From sequence record SRR2962707_4674: a stretch of DNA of 33,144 nt; one strand, written 5' to 3'. This document shows, piece by piece, positions 28,268 through 33,144 of this stretch. Positions within the stretch are counted from its first letter, which is position 1. Every line of letters starts with the position of its first letter. The notes below the pieces were generated by a model that searched no databases, was not told where the DNA came from, and saw only the letters and a list, made by a program, of their open reading frames with translations. Position numbers and translations under genes: made by a program.

Positions 28268-29836
28268 TTAAAGGACGGCTTCGATCAGATACGGGCCTTT
28301 GGTCGCCAGTCCGGTTTCAATCGCCAGCTCCAACGCCTCGCAATCGGTGACCTGCGTTGCCTCGACGCCCATCGACTGTGCCATCTCGACAAATTTCAGC
28401 GTCGGTTGATCCAGCGACAGCATATCCATCGCTTTGGGGCCTGCATTGGTGACACCCACATTCGTCAACTCTCCGCGCAAGATTTTGTAAACGCGGTTGG
28501 CGAAAATGACGATCGTCACGTCCAGCTGTTCGCGCGCCATCGTCCACAATGCCTGAATGGTATACATCGCGCTGCCGTCTCCGACCAAGGCCAAGACCTT
28601 GCGATCTGGGCATGCCACCGCCGCGCCGATTGAGACAGGCAAGCCATAGCCGATGGAACCGCCGCAGTTGTTCAGCCAGGTGTGTTTCGGCGCACCTGCT
28701 GTGACCGGGAAAAAGGCGCGGCCCGTGGTAATCGCCTCGTCTACGACGATGGCGTTTTCAGGTGTCACGCGGCCCAGAACCGATGCAATGCCATCAGGGT
28801 CCAGCGGGCCCGTTGGTTTTTCCGGCACGACAGATTGGGCGATCTTCGCGGCTGCGGTATCTTGCGCACCTGCGCCCTTGCACAGCGCATCCAGCGCGCC
28901 TGTGATGTCTTGGGATGTCTGGCACAGCTCGATGATGTCAGTGCCCGGTGCGGTCAGGATCGCAGGTTTGCGGGGATAGGCGAAGAACCCGATAGGTGCG
29001 CGGGCACCGACAAGAACGATGCGTTTGAACGGCGCAAGCGCCTCGAGGGCCTGATCAATCGGATAGGGGACGCGGTTGATAATGACCCGCCCTGCCCCGC
29101 GCTCAAGCTTGGAGTTCGCCCATTCACACAACAGTTTGCAGCCGGTTTTCGCGGCAATGCGACCGGCTGTTTCCAGTGTGGCTTCGTCCAGCGCGGCACC
29201 GCCCAAAAGCAGCAGACTATCGGGGCCGGCCAACGCCGCGATGGCGGTTTCCAATGCGTCTTGGTCATAGCTGGGCCGTGACGTCGCCGGGATTGGTTGG
29301 GCCACTTGGCCGCCTTCATTCCACGCCGTGTCACTGGGCAGCATCAGCGTGGCCACCTGCCCCGGTGCCACATTGGCGGCATGCACGGCCTTGGCCGCAT
29401 CTGCGCCTACATCAGTGGCCGATAGCGACGTGTGCACCCAATGCGATACAGGCTTTGCGATGCCTTCAATGTCCGAGGTCAGAGGCGCGTCGAGTTCAAT
29501 ATGGCTGACCGCATGTTCGCCTACGATGTTCACCACGCCTGAACCTGCCTTTTTGGCGTTGTGCAGGTTCGACAACCCGTTGGCGAGACCCGGCCCAAGA
29601 TGCAGCAACGTGCAGGCCGGTTTGCCAGCCATGCGAAAATACCCATCGGCAGCACCGGTGGCGACATCCTCTTGCAGCACAAGGATCGACCGCATGCCGG
29701 GCACATGATCAAGAGCCGCAACAAAGTGCATCTCGGACGTGCCGGGGTTGGTAAAACACGTATCCAGCCCACTATCGAGCAGGGTTTTCACAAGGCTTTC
29801 GGCACCATTCATTGGCGTATCGTCTGGAGTACTCAC
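28268..29836 (-). CDS. ThDP-dependent enzyme, acetolactate synthase large subunit-like
   Basis: FTNPGTSEMH, E.VATGAADGY, LHLGPG, GDGSAMY..N; GTG 29836 with AAGGA RBS. Confidence 0.9.
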   Translation of the reverse strand: MSTPDDTPMNGAESLVKTLLDSGLDTCFTNPGTSEMHFVAALDHVPGMRSILVLQEDVATGAADGYFRMAGKPACTLLHLGPGLANGLSNLHNAKKAGSGVVNIVGEHAVSHIELDAPLTSDIEGIAKPVSHWVHTSLSATDVGADAAKAVHAANVAPGQVATLMLPSDTAWNEGGQVAQPIPATSRPSYDQDALETAIAALAGPDSLLLLGGAALDEATLETAGRIAAKTGCKLLCEWANSKLERGAGRVIINRVPYPIDQALEALAPFKRIVLVGARAPIGFFAYPRKPAILTAPGTDIIELCQTSQDITGALDALCKGAGAQDTAAAKIAQSVVPEKPTGPLDPDGIASVLGRVTPENAIVVDEAITTGRAFFPVTAGAPKHTWLNNCGGSIGYGLPVSIGAAVACPDRKVLALVGDGSAMYTIQALWTMAREQLDVTIVIFANRVYKILRGELTNVGVTNAGPKAMDMLSLDQPTLKFVEMAQSMGVEATQVTDCEALELAIETGLATKGPYLIEAVL

Positions 29837-29852
29837 GTTAAATTCCTTTGGC

Positions 29853-31421
29853 TCAGGTGTTCGCATTTTCCCAAAACGGGATGCGGAGTTCTTTTTTCAG
29901 GATTTTCCCGATGGAGCTGCGCGGCAAGACTTCGCGTGCCTCGACCGCCGACAGTCGTTGGCTTTTGCCCAGCTTTGCATTTGCATCAGCACAAATTTGA
30001 TCTGCGGTGCGGGATGCCCCGTCGCGCAGGACGACCAAGCCATAAGGCGTCTCGCCCCAGGCATCAGACGGCACACCGATCACGGCGGCATCGGTCACGT
30101 CGGGGTCAGCCAGCAGCACCAGTTCAAGGTCATCGGCATAGATGTTCAAGCCACCCGAAATGATCATGTCTTTCTTGCGGTCTGACAGGATCAGAAATCC
30201 ATCATCGTCAAAGCGGCCCATGTCACCCGAGCGGAAAAACACATTACCCTCGGCATCGCGCCAGATGTAATCGGCGGTCAGATCATCGCGCCCGAAATAG
30301 CCCGCCATCATGGTGGGACCGCGGCCGCAAATCTCTCCGACGTGACCTTTGGGCACCTCGTTGCCAGCCTCGTCGATCAGGCGGATATCATTGCCGGGGG
30401 CCGGTTGCCCGACCGTATGCAGCTTGTCCGGGTGTTCGGCCGAGTTCAAAACAGTGACACCGCCGCCTTCGGTCAAGCCGTAGTATTCCAGCAGTTTACC
30501 GGGGAAACGGGCCAGCACATCGGCCTTGAGTGCGGCGCGCAACGGTGCCGAGGTTGAAAATTTAACCTTCATGGAGCACAGATCAAAGCTGTCAAAATCG
30601 GGAATATCCATGATGCGTTTATACTGCACCGGCACCAGCATTGTGTGGGTGATCTTTTCGCGCTGCACGATCTCAAGATATCCGCGCGCGTCGAATTTCG
30701 GCATCAGATAGACGGTGGACCCGCCATAAAGCGTGGGCAGGAACGACACGATTGTGGTGTTTGAATAAAGCGGCGTCGACAACAGCGTACGCGCGTCGTC
30801 ATCATAGCCGTTGGGCGTCACACGGTCCATCTGCGCAACCCGCATCCCGTGATTGTGCAAGATCCCCTTGGGGGTGCCGGTGGTCCCCGACGAATAAATC
30901 AGGTTGAACGCATCCGACATGTCCAGCGCGATGTTGGGGTCGGTATCATCCGCGGCCTCGACGGCTGCCTCGTAAGCATCAAATGCAGCATGGTCGAAAT
31001 CAATCGCATAGCGAGCGATATCCAGATCCCCCACGAAGCCATCCACCAGATCAAGATACTGCTGTGCCACAAAAATTCCCCGTGCCCCGCAATCGATCAG
31101 CATTTTTTGCAGTGCGTCCGGCGATGCCATCGTCGACAGGGGCGTCACGCAGGCCCCTGCCCGCAAAATACCCATGAACAGTTCGGCATAAGGGATCGAG
31201 TTGGGCGAAATGATCGCGATATTATCGCCCTTCTTCACCCCCATCGACAGGACAAGATTGGCGATCTTGTTGATCCGCGTGTTGAACGCACCCCACGTCA
31301 CCTGCTGCCCGTCGCAGACCAGCGCCAGTTTATCAGGATCGACCTGTGCGTTGGCGCGCACGGCCTCAACAATGGTGTTGGTTGGCATGCTAGATGGTGT
31401 GGGCGGGTTGATCGTTATCAT
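29853..31421 (-). CDS. Class I adenylate-forming enzyme (acyl-CoA ligase)
   Basis: YSSGTTGTPKG, YGLTEG, SGDMG, DRKKDMIISGG, GKILK. Confidence 0.93.
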   Translation of the reverse strand: MITINPPTPSSMPTNTIVEAVRANAQVDPDKLALVCDGQQVTWGAFNTRINKIANLVLSMGVKKGDNIAIISPNSIPYAELFMGILRAGACVTPLSTMASPDALQKMLIDCGARGIFVAQQYLDLVDGFVGDLDIARYAIDFDHAAFDAYEAAVEAADDTDPNIALDMSDAFNLIYSSGTTGTPKGILHNHGMRVAQMDRVTPNGYDDDARTLLSTPLYSNTTIVSFLPTLYGGSTVYLMPKFDARGYLEIVQREKITHTMLVPVQYKRIMDIPDFDSFDLCSMKVKFSTSAPLRAALKADVLARFPGKLLEYYGLTEGGGVTVLNSAEHPDKLHTVGQPAPGNDIRLIDEAGNEVPKGHVGEICGRGPTMMAGYFGRDDLTADYIWRDAEGNVFFRSGDMGRFDDDGFLILSDRKKDMIISGGLNIYADDLELVLLADPDVTDAAVIGVPSDAWGETPYGLVVLRDGASRTADQICADANAKLGKSQRLSAVEAREVLPRSSIGKILKKELRIPFWENANT

Positions 31422-31526
31422 CGGTTATTCCTGACTTGGCTCCTCCGCCGGCTGCGGAACACTGTTTCGCAACCGGCCCTCGGAACTGTTGTAACGATCA
31501 GAAATAAACTTGCAAATGGATGTAAC

Positions 31527-33144
31527 TTACGTGGCGGATTTTTTTAGCGCGTCAAACGCCGCATGCTGGGACAGATAAACATTGCCCGTCAGATCAGCGA
31601 TGAAATGATGTTTTTGCAGCCGGTCCATCACAGGGCCTTTGACCTCGGACATGTGCAGCTTGATCCCCATATCCTTGAGGCGGGCATTGATTGCCTCAAG
31701 CGATTCCAGCGCGCTGAAATCGATCTCGTTGATGGCCGAACACATCAGCACGACATGCTTGATCGCTTTATCACCGGCAAGCCTGTCATAGATGTAATCC
31801 TCAAGAAAACGCGCATTGGCGAAATACAGACTTTCGTCGATCCGCAACGTCAGGATCTCGGGATCGGTTTCGACGCTGTGGCGGTTGATGTTGCGGAAAT
31901 GCTCGGTTCCGGGCACCAACCCGACCTCGGCGATATGTGGTCTGGTGGTTTTGTAGAGGTGCAGAAAGATCGACAGCACCACACCACAGGTCACACCCAA
32001 TTCAACACCACTGCCCAAGGTGACCAACATCGTGGCAAGAACCGCCGCGAAATCCGCTTTGGAATAGCCCCATGATTTCTTGAGGATGCTGAAGTCAACC
32101 AGTGTCAGCACCGCGACGATGATCGTGGCAGCGAGGGTGGCTTGCGGCAGGAAAAACACCAATGGCGTCAACGCAAGCGCGGCAATGGCCAGACCCACAG
32201 CGGTAAATGCACCTGCAGCCGGAGTTTCGGCACCTGCGTCAAAATTCACAACAGATCGGGAAAAACCGCCCGTTACCGGGAAACCACCCGTAAACGCCGC
32301 GCCCAAGTTGGCAGTGCCCAAACCGATCAGCTCTTGGTCGGGGTCAATGCGCTGGCGCTTTTTCGCGGCCAAGGTCTGTGCAACCGAGATTGATTCAACA
32401 AACCCGATGACCGAAATCAGGATCGCGGGCAGCAACAGCGCGCCCATCAGATCGAACGAAAAATCGGGCAAGGTAAGCGGTGGCAGGCTTTGCGGTACGG
32501 CACCCACGATGCGCACACCGTGGTCGGACAGACCGAACAGCCAGACAATGACGGTCGTCAGCACGACAGCCGCCACAGGCCCAGCCTTGGTCGCGACATC
32601 AGCCGCCCCTGCGCTGACCCCTTTTGATTTCAAAAACGGCTTGAGCCCCTTGCGGACCCAGAACAGGAACCCCGTCGCCGACACACCGATGATCAGCGTG
32701 ATCCAGTTTGTTTCACCCAGATGGATCAGGATAGAATGAAGCAACTCGATCAGGTTTTCGCCCGACGCGCTGATACCAAGAATATGTTTGATCTGGCTGG
32801 CGGCGATAATGACACCTGACGCGGTGATAAAGCCCGCGATCACCGGATGGGACAGGAAGTTGGCCAAAAACCCCAGCTTGAACACCCCCATCGCCAGCAA
32901 AATCGCCCCCGATAGAAACGCCAGCGTCAGGGCGGCAACGGCGTAGCCCATCGTGCCTTGATCGGCGATATTGCCCAAGGCCGCCGCCGTCATCAGCGAC
33001 ACGACCGCAACCGGCCCCACGGCCAACGCGCGGCTGGTGCCGAAAATGGCATAGAGAATGATGGGGACAATAGACGCATAAAGCCCCGCCTCGGGGGGCA
33101 AGCCCGCCAACAGCGCATAGGCCAAGGATTGCGGGATCAGCATG
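31527..33144 (-). CDS. SulP/SLC26 anion permease with STAS domain (5' end outside the window)
   Basis: IPQSLAYA, GLY, GPVA, GGFSRS, STAS LYFANA..IDFSA. Confidence 0.93.
   Translation of the reverse strand, partial: MLIPQSLAYALLAGLPPEAGLYASIVPIILYAIFGTSRALAVGPVAVVSLMTAAALGNIADQGTMGYAVAALTLAFLSGAILLAMGVFKLGFLANFLSHPVIAGFITASGVIIAASQIKHILGISASGENLIELLHSILIHLGETNWITLIIGVSATGFLFWVRKGLKPFLKSKGVSAGAADVATKAGPVAAVVLTTVIVWLFGLSDHGVRIVGAVPQSLPPLTLPDFSFDLMGALLLPAILISVIGFVESISVAQTLAAKKRQRIDPDQELIGLGTANLGAAFTGGFPVTGGFSRSVVNFDAGAETPAAGAFTAVGLAIAALALTPLVFFLPQATLAATIIVAVLTLVDFSILKKSWGYSKADFAAVLATMLVTLGSGVELGVTCGVVLSIFLHLYKTTRPHIAEVGLVPGTEHFRNINRHSVETDPEILTLRIDESLYFANARFLEDYIYDRLAGDKAIKHVVLMCSAINEIDFSALESLEAINARLKDMGIKLHMSEVKGPVMDRLQKHHFIADLTGNVYLSQHAAFDALKKSAT

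Noticed and set aside
31456-31500. Two GGAAC words as EcfG promoters
   Set aside because: No CGTT at the right spacing, and wrong strand for the flanking genes
1-33144. CRISPR arrays, IS elements, prophage or defence genes, frameshifted pseudogenes
   Set aside because: None seen; the window is tiled by intact ORFs with short spacers

Overview
Chromosomal region (GC roughly 55-60% by eye) of an alphaproteobacterium, most likely Roseobacter group/Rhodobacteraceae. I found no IS elements, integrases, phage genes or CRISPR arrays. From left to right: (1) 5' part of an initiator tRNA-Met on the minus strand. (2) A divergent catabolic cluster with no identifiable substrate: GMC oxidoreductase and enolase-superfamily enzyme, opposite an amidase and a PotABCD-type ABC transporter. 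(3) A minus-strand iron-regulated operon: unannotated 30-aa uORF > hemP (missed by the ORF track) > Cys-rich hypothetical > imelysin/IrpA > acidic porin-like beta-barrel > di-heme DHOR/DUF1111 > second imelysin > Tat-exported DUF1513, preceded by tandem Iron-Rhodo boxes. (4) TetR regulator and RND efflux pair with two palindromic operators. (5) An FNR box, a long leader and a DUF465 gene. (6) An AldFGH/IorAB-like periplasmic molybdoenzyme operon with a consensus EcfG-type promoter. (7) A large MscS-family channel. (8) A ThDP enzyme with an acyl-CoA ligase. (9) A partial SulP gene. The best candidate for an undescribed system is the iron operon, which looks like a TonB-independent porin/imelysin/di-heme redox iron-acquisition module with layered regulation. 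All family calls come from motif recognition by eye, not database searches.
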